Shown: positions 20,354 to 30,553, numbered from the stretch's first letter. The stretch: 56,919 bases of DNA from Spirochaetaceae bacterium (GCA_003556605.1 PWQX01000264.1:1-56919); one strand, 5' to 3'. Made by a program: numbers and translations. Notes: generated by a model from the letters alone, not told the origin.

Positions 20354-22438
20354 ATGACTCGACCTGTCCGCATACTGGCCGTCATGGTTGCGCTGCTGAT
20401 ACCCGCCGCAGCTCAGGCCCGCGAGCCGCGGGTGCTCGTGAACTCCAGCCATCATGGGGCGGTAACCGGCATCGCATCGCAAAGCGCTACGGACCGCGCC
20501 TTCACCGCAGGAAGCGACGGAACGGTGCGGGTCTGGGACAGCGAAGAGCACAATCTCCAGCGCATTCTGCCGGTTTCACCGTTCGAGGTTCTTCAACTCA
20601 CCGCCGCGCACAACCTCTCGTTGATTGCAGCGGTCTCGCCTGAGGGACGGACCGGATATCGACTCGGTATTTGGAACTGGCGCACCGGCCGCGAGATTTA
20701 TCATTTCACGCTCAACCGCGAACCGCTCACGATTGAGTTCTCGCCGGGAGGCAACTTCTTGGTATACACCGTTCCCGAGTTTCGCAGCCTTCGATTCGTG
20801 AACCTGCGCACCGGGGAACACGAGGATTGGGTGCCGCGCGGTTTCGGTATCACCTCGTCGGTTACCATAGCCTCGAGCGAAGCGCGTATCATGACATACA
20901 TCCCGGCCGGTGGGCGGATACAGTACTGGGATCTGGAAACCGGCGACGAAATAGAGCGGGTGACGACCTACCATGATCTTGAACAGCTCACCCTGTTGAG
21001 AAACCGGCGACACGCCGTCGGTGCCACGAGGAATGATCTGGTAGTGGTCGATGTCGTTAACGGTGAGACCCGCGCACAAGCGGCCCTATCCGAGGTTGTG
21101 GCGATTCGCCGTGACCCTGAAACCGACCAACTCGGCGTTGTGCGCCGCTCATCCGGCAGCTATGAGTTCTCGCGCTGGGAATACGCCGGCGGTCGGCTAC
21201 GCCGAATTGCTGCGTCACGTGCCTTAGGTACAACGTTCTCCGATCTTACGTTTCATCGCGGTCGTGTACTTGTCGCGCATAGCGACGGGCAAGTGACGTA
21301 CTTCTACCCGTTTAGCCGCGTTGACCGCGTATTTGCCGAGCCTCGCACCCGACCGGTTGAAAGTGTAATTGCGGCGGGTCACGATTTACACTTGACCGTA
21401 GGGTCTGAGTTACTGAGTTTGAGCTCCGACTTCTTCGGCGTGCCGGGTACTCTCGTACAGGACGCCCGCTTCTTGCAGTACGACAGTCTTTCGTTGCCCT
21501 ACGAACAGCAACTTGAGCTCTCTCTCCTGAAACCGGATGAGTATATCGTGTGGAGCGGTGCAATCGAGAATTCCCAGCTGTACTTGCTTCATACGCGCCG
21601 CGGCGAAGTGGCCGACACCCAGATTGAAGTTCCCAACCGGATACGCCGTGTCGTACCGTCAGGTGATTCGTACGCTGCCTACATCCTCGACGACACCGGC
21701 GTCATCCGCCGCTACGACTTCAAGACCGGAGACTCGGCAATCGTATACCAAGCGCCCGGAATCCAGACCTTTACGCGCTTGGATGAGGGCCGCTTACTCA
21801 TTGCCGGCAGCACCGATCATGCTTTTGATACGCCGGTCGTCTCCGTGGATACCCAAACCGGCGAAACGGTCCCCATTACCGTGAACGGCTTTTACATCCT
21901 GGATATGGACTACGATGCTGATGGTGACACGCTGTACGTGCTGGCGCTGGAAGGGATCGGTCCTCGCAACGACACACACACCACACTGACTTCTTACCGT
22001 AGACTGGGGCTTGCAGCGGGCACCCGCTTGGTTTCGCATCCGGGCGAAGACCTCGGAGCCACACTCCGCTACGACCGCGCCCGCCGCAAACTCTACACCA
22101 CCGTAGGGTTTAAAGGTGTACAGGTATTCGACGATACCGGCAGGGTTTCCACCCTCGAGCGCACGGTTGAAACACCCGAGCGGGTCCACGTATATCAAGA
22201 CCGGGTCTTCGGCATCAATCGCAGCGGATCACTCTCAATCTGGGACGCACAGTCCGGCGCGCATGTGCTTGAGTTCCACTCCTTTCAAGACGGTAACTGG
22301 GCGGTTATCACCCCCAAGGGTCAGTTCGCGATGGCGCGCCCCCAGTTCGCCGACGAGTATCTGAGCCTTATACCCGGGCGCGTTCAGCCTACCGACCTGC
22401 GTGCGTTCGAGCTGAGCATATCGATTCAAGAACCGTAA
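20354..22438 (+). CDS. Exported WD40/beta-propeller protein
   Basis: Signal peptide; HHGAVT...TAGSDGTVRVWD; SGSLSIWD. Confidence 0.85.
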   Translation: MTRPVRILAVMVALLIPAAAQAREPRVLVNSSHHGAVTGIASQSATDRAFTAGSDGTVRVWDSEEHNLQRILPVSPFEVLQLTAAHNLSLIAAVSPEGRTGYRLGIWNWRTGREIYHFTLNREPLTIEFSPGGNFLVYTVPEFRSLRFVNLRTGEHEDWVPRGFGITSSVTIASSEARIMTYIPAGGRIQYWDLETGDEIERVTTYHDLEQLTLLRNRRHAVGATRNDLVVVDVVNGETRAQAALSEVVAIRRDPETDQLGVVRRSSGSYEFSRWEYAGGRLRRIAASRALGTTFSDLTFHRGRVLVAHSDGQVTYFYPFSRVDRVFAEPRTRPVESVIAAGHDLHLTVGSELLSLSSDFFGVPGTLVQDARFLQYDSLSLPYEQQLELSLLKPDEYIVWSGAIENSQLYLLHTRRGEVADTQIEVPNRIRRVVPSGDSYAAYILDDTGVIRRYDFKTGDSAIVYQAPGIQTFTRLDEGRLLIAGSTDHAFDTPVVSVDTQTGETVPITVNGFYILDMDYDADGDTLYVLALEGIGPRNDTHTTLTSYRRLGLAAGTRLVSHPGEDLGATLRYDRARRKLYTTVGFKGVQVFDDTGRVSTLERTVETPERVHVYQDRVFGINRSGSLSIWDAQSGAHVLEFHSFQDGNWAVITPKGQFAMARPQFADEYLSLIPGRVQPTDLRAFELSISIQEP

Positions 22439-22541
22439 CGCAGCTGATAGAGCCGCTGCGCTCGATAATCACTTGGATGTGCCCGCAAACTCTCGTGTGC
22501 CGGCAGGCCGTTCGCGTCAAAGCGCTGGAAGCATCGGGGAT

Positions 22542-22835
22542 TCAGCTAATCGGCGGGTTTGCGCGCACCCTGGCAATACCTTCCGCGACCGCGTCGCGCA
22601 CCTCGCGAGCGTGCTTCTCGTGGAGCGTGTTCGCGTAGATGCGTCCGAGCAAGTTAACGCGATACAGCGGGGTGACATTGTTGAGAGCATACGCGGCTAT
22701 GTCGAGAACCGCGTCCTCGGTCTTGCAGGAGTCGGTATCCGGAAGCTCGCTGAATTGGCGCTCGAGCTCCTCAAACACCATACGTTCCGCTTCGTTTACC
22801 AAATCCTCGAAGCTGTAGCGTTCAAACAGGCTCAT
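22542..22835 (-). CDS. ComFB-family protein
   Basis: N.AE..V, LDIAAYALNNVTPLYRV, terminal VRANP. Confidence 0.85.
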   Translation of the reverse strand: MSLFERYSFEDLVNEAERMVFEELERQFSELPDTDSCKTEDAVLDIAAYALNNVTPLYRVNLLGRIYANTLHEKHAREVRDAVAEGIARVRANPPIS

Positions 22836-22867
22836 GAGTTAATCCTCCTCGCGGTTACCGGTAATCT

Positions 22868-24190
22868 CTACACCGGTTCCTCCACGAGCGTTTCAAAGCG
22901 CGTGTAGCGCGGAATAAACGCTACACGGATGGTACCAACCGGGCCATTGCGCTGCTTCTCCACCACCAACTCGGTTTCCACACCGTTTTGTTGCTCTTCC
23001 TCTTGTTCGCTGCCCCTATCACGGTGCAAGAACATCACCACATCGGCATCCTGCTCAATAGAACCCGATTCGCGCAGATTGGCAAGCGTGGGGCGCCGCC
23101 CTTCAGACTCACGGCTCACTTGGGACAACGCGATGATCGGAATGCTCAACTCGCGCGCCAGCGCTTTGAGCGACCGCGAGATCTCGGCGATCTGTTCGTG
23201 CCGCGGTATTTCGGTATTCTCGGCGCCTACCAAGGTGAGATAATCCACAAACATAATGCGAATCCCGAGCTGAGACCGCATTCGCCGCGCCTGAGCTCGC
23301 AGATCCAGGAGCTTAATGTTCGGTGTATCGCTGATCCACAGCGGCGCGTCGTAGATCAAGCCGGCCGCATCGGTAAGGTTCTTAAAGTCCGAGGGCCGCA
23401 GCATCCCGGTGCGAATACGCTGTGAGCCTACACGAGCCTCGCTGGCGATTAATCGCTGCATGAGTGCCATATCCGACATCTCAAGGGTGAAAAACCCAAC
23501 TGGGATCTTCTGATGGATCGCCATGTTTGCGGCCATACTGAGTGCGAGCGCTGTCTTTCCAACCGACGGCCGCGCACCGATAATGATGAACTCCGCATCC
23601 TGGAAGCCGCTGGTTAGGTTATCGAGCGCCGGAAGCCCGCTGGGAATACCGGTGTAGTCTTCCTGCGCATGGTAGAGCCTCTCTATCGCCTCAATTGTCC
23701 TGCCGACAATCTCACCGGCCTTGAGAAAACTGCCCGTCTGATATTGGTCGGTGATATCAAAGATCTTACGCTCAGCTTCCTCCACGAGCATCCGACTCTC
23801 GGTACCGTCGTCGTAGCCCTGAGCGATAATCTCACTCGCGATACGGATGAGCTTGCGCCGCGCGGAGTGCTCTCGCACGATGCGCGCGTAGTACTCCACA
23901 TTGGCGCTGGTTGGAACAACCGAGGTGAGCCCCGAGACATAACCTGCCCCGCCCACGCGTTCCAACTCCCCGCGCGCTTTGAGCTCATGCGTGAGGGTTA
24001 TGAGGTCAATCTCTTCACCGCGATCGGAAAGCGCCAAGATTGCGCTGAAAATATGCTGATGAGCGTTCTTGTAGAAGTCTTCAGCGCGAAGATAAGCGAG
24101 CACCCGCCCAAGCGCTTCAGGGTCAAGGAGGGTGGCGCCCAGTGTCGCCAGCTCCGCATCGTTGTTATGCGGTGGAACACGATCTCTCAT
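22868..24190 (-). CDS. dnaB: Replicative DNA helicase
   Basis: PPHN..AE, GARPSVGKT, LANLRESGSIEQDAD, KQRNGP; no intein. Confidence 0.98.
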   Translation of the reverse strand: MRDRVPPHNNDAELATLGATLLDPEALGRVLAYLRAEDFYKNAHQHIFSAILALSDRGEEIDLITLTHELKARGELERVGGAGYVSGLTSVVPTSANVEYYARIVREHSARRKLIRIASEIIAQGYDDGTESRMLVEEAERKIFDITDQYQTGSFLKAGEIVGRTIEAIERLYHAQEDYTGIPSGLPALDNLTSGFQDAEFIIIGARPSVGKTALALSMAANMAIHQKIPVGFFTLEMSDMALMQRLIASEARVGSQRIRTGMLRPSDFKNLTDAAGLIYDAPLWISDTPNIKLLDLRAQARRMRSQLGIRIMFVDYLTLVGAENTEIPRHEQIAEISRSLKALARELSIPIIALSQVSRESEGRRPTLANLRESGSIEQDADVVMFLHRDRGSEQEEEQQNGVETELVVEKQRNGPVGTIRVAFIPRYTRFETLVEEPV

Positions 24191-24215
24191 TGCGCCGCTT
24201 CACATCGTCCGCCGC

Positions 24216-24833
24216 TTACGAACGTTCCCCGTTGTTTTCCTCAGACACGCTTGCGTCGCCGGCCGACTCCTCAGCGGCAGGCGCTTCCTCAGTCTCGGCA
24301 GCCGCCTGGGACACTGCGTTATCCTCCGGCTCTTTGGCTTCTTCACGGGCTTCCGAAGCACTTGCGCCCGATTCACCTTGTGGTGCGTTGGCAGCGCTGA
24401 CCCGAACGGTGATTTCGGTTTCTTTGTCACCGTAGAGCTTGACGCCGACCTTGTGGGTGCCGACGGACTTGATGGTGCCTTCGGGAATATCTACGTTCTT
24501 GCGCTCTACCACAACGTCTTGTTTGCCGAGCTCTTCAACAATCATCGCGCTGGTGACGGCACCAAACAGCTTGCCGCTTTCACCCGCGTTCATGCTGAAC
24601 ACCAACTCTTGTTCCGTGAGGCGTTCGCTGATCTCCTGAGCCGCTTTGCGCTTCTCCCCCTTGCGTTGCTCAATGGCCGCGCGCCGTGCTTCAATCTGGG
24701 CGACGTTAGCGCGATTGTACAGCATTGCGAAACCCTGCGGGACGAGGTAGTTGCGGGCATAACCGCGTGCAACTTCGCATACGTCGCCTTCTTCACCAAG
24801 GTTCAATACATCTTGTTTCAGGATCACCTTCAT
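24216..24833 (-). CDS. rplI: 50S ribosomal protein L9 with acidic tail
   Basis: MKVIL..DV.NLG..G...V.RGYARNYL, GKLFGAVT. Confidence 0.97.
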   Translation of the reverse strand: MKVILKQDVLNLGEEGDVCEVARGYARNYLVPQGFAMLYNRANVAQIEARRAAIEQRKGEKRKAAQEISERLTEQELVFSMNAGESGKLFGAVTSAMIVEELGKQDVVVERKNVDIPEGTIKSVGTHKVGVKLYGDKETEITVRVSAANAPQGESGASASEAREEAKEPEDNAVSQAAAETEEAPAAEESAGDASVSEENNGERS

Positions 24834-25822
24834 AGGTTCTCTCCACTCCTTTCAAAACGATTAAACTGCACCCAATTCTCGGAAACGCCGAGCAGTGCGA
24901 TGCCGAGCACCAAGATCATGTTGATCCCGCGCATAAACAGCATCAGTATCATCCCGCCGAGAATGACCGCGCGCAATACGCGACCAAACCCGTACCTATC
25001 AAACAGAAAGCCCATGATGCTCAATCCCTGAACGGCGTACAGCATCACGCAGATCAGCCCGAAATTCCACACCAGATACTCCAGCGCGCCGATACTCACG
25101 AACCTCGTAGTTAAAGCACCGGCCCACGCCAACAAGCTCGGCCACAACAGCCGGCTCGGCACTTGGAAACGCTGCAGCCGGCCCGGATTGCGTGCCCAGT
25201 TTCCGGCAAGCGCGTTGCCGACAAACCAGTTCGCCAACAACAGTAACGTAAAGCCGAACACGTAGGTGCGCAGCAGAATCTGCATCGCCTGCAGGAACAT
25301 TCGCTCGAACTCCCCTTCCTCAAACTGCGGCATCGCCGCACCGGCATCTCCGGCAGTCTCGCGCACCAGCTCATAGATCTGCTCAAACTGCACGATAACG
25401 GTCTCGGTCAGCTCGGGCGAGCGAGATACAACCCACACGAACGGACCGGTAAGTACCGCAAGCAACCCGCCCGCCAGCAGCACCCGGTAAACCGCCTGCA
25501 GGTTCGGAAACACTGAGAGATTTACCAGCGCAAGCCCGCCGAGTAACCCGAGCGGGATCACAAGGTCTGCGCCCAACAGAAAAAAGCTCAGGCCCTCGAC
25601 CTCGGCGGTGATCATCATGATCTGAAGCCCTCGCATGATGACGAACCCCAGAAACACACACCCAAGCGCAGCAAGAAACGGGCGTACCCCTCGGCGAATG
25701 TACAGGACCTGTAACGGCACCATAAATAGGAACAGGAGAAAACCCAACCGATAAAACAGCAGGGCCAATGCCGAGAGAGCTACCGTCTCAATTACAACCC
25801 GCCGCCGGGCCGTTAATACCAT
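24830..25822 (-). CDS. DUF2232/YybS-family membrane protein
   Basis: Polytopic, YAVQGLSI motif, canonical position between rpsR and rplI. Confidence 0.85.
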   Translation of the reverse strand: MVLTARRRVVIETVALSALALLFYRLGFLLFLFMVPLQVLYIRRGVRPFLAALGCVFLGFVIMRGLQIMMITAEVEGLSFFLLGADLVIPLGLLGGLALVNLSVFPNLQAVYRVLLAGGLLAVLTGPFVWVVSRSPELTETVIVQFEQIYELVRETAGDAGAAMPQFEEGEFERMFLQAMQILLRTYVFGFTLLLLANWFVGNALAGNWARNPGRLQRFQVPSRLLWPSLLAWAGALTTRFVSIGALEYLVWNFGLICVMLYAVQGLSIMGFLFDRYGFGRVLRAVILGGMILMLFMRGINMILVLGIALLGVSENWVQFNRFERSGENL

Positions 25823-25833
25823 ATCACCTCACG

Positions 25834-26256
25834 CTATGATAGCGGCAACAACCCGATTGCGCGAGCGCGCTTAATCTCGCGTACCAGGCGACGCTGGTTC
25901 TTAGCCGAAGTCCCGGTTATGCGGCGCGGCAAAATCTTGCCATTGTCGGTGATGAAGCGTTTCAGCACCTCCGGGTGCTTGTAATCAATAGTAAGACTCT
26001 GCGTCTTGATCTTGTCGACTTTCTTTCGAAAGTAGGCACGGCCGCGCGGCCTCCCGCCGGAACGGTCATCGCGGTCATCACTGCGCCTCCCCCCTGAGTC
26101 GCCGTCACGCCTCGGTGGCCTACCACCGCCGCCCGGACGTGCACCCTCGCCGCGCGGGGAGCCTGAGCGGTACGGCTGGGTTTGCCGCTCGTCACTCTGA
26201 CTTGTTGCAGTCTTTTCTCTGCTCGTATCTTCACTGCTCGTATCTTCACTGGACAT
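25834..26256 (-). CDS. rpsR: 30S ribosomal protein S18 with long low-complexity N-terminal extension, Cys-free form
   Basis: IDYK...[35 protein letters not shown]. Confidence 0.95.
   Translation of the reverse strand: MSSEDTSSEDTSREKTATSQSDERQTQPYRSGSPRGEGARPGGGGRPPRRDGDSGGRRSDDRDDRSGGRPRGRAYFRKKVDKIKTQSLTIDYKHPEVLKRFITDNGKILPRRITGTSAKNQRRLVREIKRARAIGLLPLS
26219..26251. repeat. 15-bp tandem duplication at the start of rpsR (SSEDT x2)
   Basis: CTGCTCGTATCTTCA at 26219-26233 and 26234-26248. Confidence 0.9.
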
Positions 26257-26280
26257 GTATTCCTCCTGTGATTATCCGGC

Positions 26281-26706
26281 CTAAAACGGAACGTCGTCTT
26301 CAAAGTCCGGAGCCGGCGTGGGCGCCGCGTTGTCTTGCGCGCCGAATCCGCCGTCCGAGTACTGGGCGCTGCCGCCTTCGGACCGGCCGCCTAACAGCTG
26401 CAACTCCGACCCGATAACCTCGACTTTGCTGCGGCGCTGTCCGTCTTGTTCCCACCGGTTTTGTCGAAGCTCGCCCTGAACGGCCACTTGCTTACCCTTT
26501 TTCAGGTAGTTGGCCACAGCCTCGCCCTGGCGCCCGAAAACCACGACATCGAAGAAGTTTGCTTCCTCGGTCCATTGATCGCCGGATTTCTTACGGTAAT
26601 TGTTCGCGATCGAAAAACTGCAAATCGGCATACCGCTGTTGGTGTATCGAAGCTCGGCATCACGGGTTAGCCGTCCGACTAAGGAAACGGTGTTTAGGTC
26701 TTTCAT
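26281..26706 (-). CDS. ssb: Single-stranded DNA-binding protein
   Basis: N.V.LVGRLTRDAELRYT, C-terminal FEDDVPF. Confidence 0.98.
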   Translation of the reverse strand: MKDLNTVSLVGRLTRDAELRYTNSGMPICSFSIANNYRKKSGDQWTEEANFFDVVVFGRQGEAVANYLKKGKQVAVQGELRQNRWEQDGQRRSKVEVIGSELQLLGGRSEGGSAQYSDGGFGAQDNAAPTPAPDFEDDVPF

Positions 26707-26735
26707 TGGAAGCCTCTATACAGCGTAACCGGCCG

Positions 26736-27020
26736 TTAAGACTCTTCGCGCCGCACCATTAGGAAACGCAGCAGCTCATCCTTGAGCCGCATTGCGTCTT
26801 CAGTTTTGTGGGCTTTGGCCGGGTCCATCTCGACTACGTAATAATAGTAGTGAGCCTGGTTCATGTTCTTGATGGGATAGGCAAGCGTTCGCTGCCCCAT
26901 ATCCTCTTCTTTGAGGATGTTAGCCTCGAGCTGTTTCAGCTCCTCGCGAACCACATCCTTCCCCCGGCTGAACTCTTCTTCTTCCGGACGAAAGACGCAC
27001 ATCGCCTCATACGTTCTCAT
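26736..27020 (-). CDS. rpsF: 30S ribosomal protein S6
   Basis: MRTYE, MGQRTLAYPIK, LLRFLMVR; ATG 27020 after GGGAGG SD. Confidence 0.95.
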   Translation of the reverse strand: MRTYEAMCVFRPEEEEFSRGKDVVREELKQLEANILKEEDMGQRTLAYPIKNMNQAHYYYYVVEMDPAKAHKTEDAMRLKDELLRFLMVRREES

Positions 27021-27122
27021 TGGAATATCCTCCCTGTGGGCGTCTGACCATCGAATCCGGCCCTTTCCGGCCCGATGGTAAAGAGGCTTGGTGACGGTAG
27101 CACAACGGGTATCGAGTGTCAA
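27021..27122 (-). promoter_or_regulatory. rpsF promoter and probable S6:S18 autoregulatory leader
   Basis: TTGACA(27122-27117)-17-TACCGT with extended TG; leader CCTCTTT-ACCATCG...CGATGGT hairpin, CCC motif, then GGGAGG SD. Confidence 0.6.
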
Positions 27123-27536
27123 CACAGCAGCAACCGGCTATTGAAGCCGCTCGCGCGGAGGGCCTCTCGACGTAGTATGCCCGATCGGAGCGGACTCGGT
27201 TCTTCGTGTGGCGCCGAAGGATCGATTCGAAGCAGTCTTGTCGTTTTATAACGATTAAGCGCGCAGCGCCGCCGAGACATGCAATTCTTACAACGCGGTA
27301 TCGGTGACGCTCGCCATGCTCATATTACGCATTTTCAATAGACCACGGCACCATCTTCGACGTGGCGCGGCACCGGGTCAGCCGGCGCCGCGGGTATCAC
27401 CTAGGCGATCCTCCCCGCTGCAGGCTATACCGGTCCGCTCGGCGGTACGGACTAGCTCACAGGGAAAGACTCCACCTGACCGTCAGGCTGCAGGAAGCGG
27501 TGCGGCTTGAGGGAACACGCTGAGGGCCTACCCTGT

Positions 27537-28205
27537 TCACTTTTTCGACGCAATGTCCTGCTGTGCGAGCGCTCGTTGTGCTTGCGCCAAGTTGCTTCGT
27601 AACCACGGCAACGGCGACCACGCGCATGCACCCTTAAATGTCTCCAGCGCTCGGGCGGGATCCTCTAGCTGGTTCAATTGAATCGTTCCGATATTATTCA
27701 GCGCCTGGATATTCGTTTCATCGGCGGCGACCGCGGCGTCAAACGCTTGTAACGCTTCCTGCCAGCGCTCCGCAGCAAGTAGTTCGTTGCCTTCCGACAG
27801 TCGCTGCAAGGATTCACGTGTACGTTGAAACCGCTCTTCATCCTCCGTTATCTCGAGGCGCCGGCGAACCAGTGGTTTTTCCTCGGCCGGGCACTCCGAA
27901 TCCAACGCTCGGCGATAAAACTCGCCGGCAGGCTTTTGCTTGCCCCATGTATAATACAGGTCCGCGAGCGCCTTAACGCGCGGATAATACTCGCCGTAAT
28001 CCGATAACTCTTCAAGCAGTAGCCGTTCACCTTCTCCGAAGTTCTCTTCGGCGATATACGTAAGTGCGATGTTATGACGCATGCCGGGAGTACCGGGCTC
28101 GGCCTCGTACAGCTTGAGAAACAGTCTGCGAGCCTTTTCAATCTCACCGCCGAACAAGTAGTTCGTGGCCTTTCTTTGTCGCCGGCGTTTAATTAGTTGA
28201 AGCAT
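27537..28205 (-). CDS. TPR-repeat protein
   Basis: TPR-like helices (EALQAFDAAVAADETNIQALNNIG). Confidence 0.8.
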   Translation of the reverse strand: MLQLIKRRRQRKATNYLFGGEIEKARRLFLKLYEAEPGTPGMRHNIALTYIAEENFGEGERLLLEELSDYGEYYPRVKALADLYYTWGKQKPAGEFYRRALDSECPAEEKPLVRRRLEITEDEERFQRTRESLQRLSEGNELLAAERWQEALQAFDAAVAADETNIQALNNIGTIQLNQLEDPARALETFKGACAWSPLPWLRSNLAQAQRALAQQDIASKK

Positions 28206-28208
28206 GCG

Positions 28209-29099
28209 TTACGCCTGCTTGCGGACCTGTACCCCGGCAAGCTTTTCAAAGAACTGTATCAGCCCGCCATGATCGTCTTTTTCTTTCCCGTCGACTTTGA
28301 GCGCCTGCATGAACTCCATCACCTCACCGGTCAAGGGCACCGGCACTCCGATTTCGTGAGCGGTATCCAAGGCGTTCTGCAGGTCCTTAATGTGCAGGTC
28401 TATCCTGAAGCCGGGCCTGAAATTGCCCTCAAGTATCATCGGCATTTTGGCGTTCATCACCGTGCTACCCGCAAGCCCGCCTTTTATCGCGTTGAACACC
28501 TTCTCGGGGTCTACTCCCGCTTTGGTCGCTAGGACCATCGCCTCCGATACCGCAGAGATATTCAATGCCACGATGATCTGATTAGCGAGTTTCGTCACGT
28601 TACCGCTGCCGATTTCTCCGCACCGAATCGCCGAGGCGCCCACCTTGAGAAGGATCGGCTCCACCTTTTTGAAAGCGGTCTCCGAACCGCCGACCATTAT
28701 GGCGAGCGTCCCGTCTACTGCTTTCGGCTCGCCACCACTTACCGGCGCGTCGAGCATCTCAACGTTCTTCTCCTTGAGCCTACCGGCGACCTTTTGAGAA
28801 ACGAGAGGAGCGATCGAGCTCATGTCCACTACGATCGCACCGGCGTTTATCCCCTCAATCACCCCGTTCTTACCGAGAATTACCTGTTCCACCTCCGGTG
28901 AGTTGGGAAGCATAGTAATAAGGCAGTCACTGTGCTGTGCTACCTCGCGTGGCGATGACGCTTTGGAGGCGCCGGCCTGCACCAGCTCTTCCACCGGCTG
29001 CGACACGATGTCGTGGACCACGAGATCGTACCCTGCGCTCCGGAGATTCTTCGCTATGGGCTTCCCCATAATACCGAGTCCAATGAACCCAATTCGCAT
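28209..29099 (-). CDS. garR: 2-hydroxy-3-oxopropionate (tartronate semialdehyde) reductase
   Basis: IGFIGLGIMGKP, MLPNSP, DAPVSGGEPKA, TKLANQIIVALNI, PGFRIDLHIKDL. Confidence 0.9.
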   Translation of the reverse strand: MRIGFIGLGIMGKPIAKNLRSAGYDLVVHDIVSQPVEELVQAGASKASSPREVAQHSDCLITMLPNSPEVEQVILGKNGVIEGINAGAIVVDMSSIAPLVSQKVAGRLKEKNVEMLDAPVSGGEPKAVDGTLAIMVGGSETAFKKVEPILLKVGASAIRCGEIGSGNVTKLANQIIVALNISAVSEAMVLATKAGVDPEKVFNAIKGGLAGSTVMNAKMPMILEGNFRPGFRIDLHIKDLQNALDTAHEIGVPVPLTGEVMEFMQALKVDGKEKDDHGGLIQFFEKLAGVQVRKQA

Positions 29100-29167
29100 A
29101 ACCTACATCCCCTATGTTAGAACAGCGCTTCTGCAAATTGCGTGTAGCAATAGCAACGATCCAACCG

Positions 29168-29196
29168 GTGGAGTCGGTGTCGAGCACCGACTCCAC
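29168..29196. repeat. Perfect 12-bp intergenic hairpin between the permease gene and garR
   Basis: GTGGAGTCGGTG-TCGAG-CACCGACTCCAC; no U-tract. Confidence 0.8.
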
Positions 29197-29218
29197 ACGC
29201 CTCTAGCTTACGAACCGC

Positions 29219-30553
29219 CTAACCGATGAACAACGACATGATCAGAACAATAATGAAAGATGCCACACCTTGCACAAGCGTAGAGGTAGTCCAGACCTTG
29301 TACGCCAACTCGGTCGGCATTCCCGCAAACTGCGAGACCACCCAGAAATACGAATCATTGGCGTGCGAAACGATAACAGCTCCGGAACCGATCGCTAAGA
29401 CCGTGAGCACGGGGTTGAGTCCGAACGGCTCAATCAGCGGTGCCATAATGGCGGCAGTGGTAATAATCGACACCGTTCCGCTTCCCTGAGCAGTCTTAAG
29501 CACCACTGCAATCGCGAACGGCAAGAAAAGCCCGAGCGGCAAGCCCTCCATCGCCTGTTCGATGAAAGGAACCATCGGTGAGGCGCGTAGGATATTACCA
29601 AATGCTCCACCGGCGCCGGTAATCGCTATGATCAGCCCGGCGTTGCGCACCCCTTGCCCGATCCATTGGTCGCGGGCTTCAGGTTGCGCCTCTTTGACAA
29701 CCAGCGTAAGCGCTACGAAAACGCCGATCACAAGCGCCGTTGCCGGTGACCCGAGGAAAGTCACAAGATTGTAAAACCCTCCTACACCGAACGGCTCCCC
29801 CGGAAACTGGGCGACTGAGTTGAGAAGGATCAAGATAATCGGTACCAACAGAGGCAGCAATGAATGAAACGTCCCGGGCAAATGCCCGTATTTCTTCAGC
29901 AGTTGGTCATAGGACTCTTCGAGCTCCATTCCGATCTCGTACTTGCCGCCGACACGTACCGCAAAAACGTACCCGGCAGCCATGCTGAACACAGCCGCAA
30001 TCAGCCCAAGCCCTATAACCGCCCCGAGGTCGGCGTTCAGCTCCGCTGCAGCCGCGATCGGCCCCGGCGTGGGCGGCACCAAAGCATGGGTGGCGTGGAG
30101 TCCGGTTCCGAGAGCGACCGCCATGGTCACCATCGAGCGCTTCGCTTGCACCGACAAAGCTTTGTTCAGAGGCGTCAATACAACGTAACCGGAGTCACAA
30201 AACACCGGTACCGAAACAATGAACCCGGCGACGCTCATCGCCATAGGAGCGCGCTTCTCACCGACAACGCCGAGAATAGCCTGCGTGATCGAGAGCGCCG
30301 CCCCGGTTTTCTCGAGAATGTTTCCGATTATCGTTCCACAGATGATCACGATACCGATCGCAGCCATTGTGCCCCCGAACCCGCTGGTAACGGTCTCCAC
30401 GACTTCCGGGAGCGGTAAACCGATTCCCAGGCCGTACAGGAACGCGACGGTTACGAGAACAATAAACGGATTCATCCTCAGCTTCGCCGTAGCGTACACG
30501 ATGAGGATAACTGCAACAATTAACAGAACAATCGCAACAGGACCCGAAACCAT
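29219..30553 (-). CDS. GntP-family sugar-acid permease
   Basis: GFGGT, LEKTGAA, PVFCDSGYV, HALVPPTPGP, KTAQGS, SHANDSYFWVV; ATG 30553 after AGGAGG. Confidence 0.95.
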   Translation of the reverse strand: MVSGPVAIVLLIVAVILIVYATAKLRMNPFIVLVTVAFLYGLGIGLPLPEVVETVTSGFGGTMAAIGIVIICGTIIGNILEKTGAALSITQAILGVVGEKRAPMAMSVAGFIVSVPVFCDSGYVVLTPLNKALSVQAKRSMVTMAVALGTGLHATHALVPPTPGPIAAAAELNADLGAVIGLGLIAAVFSMAAGYVFAVRVGGKYEIGMELEESYDQLLKKYGHLPGTFHSLLPLLVPIILILLNSVAQFPGEPFGVGGFYNLVTFLGSPATALVIGVFVALTLVVKEAQPEARDQWIGQGVRNAGLIIAITGAGGAFGNILRASPMVPFIEQAMEGLPLGLFLPFAIAVVLKTAQGSGTVSIITTAAIMAPLIEPFGLNPVLTVLAIGSGAVIVSHANDSYFWVVSQFAGMPTELAYKVWTTSTLVQGVASFIIVLIMSLFIG

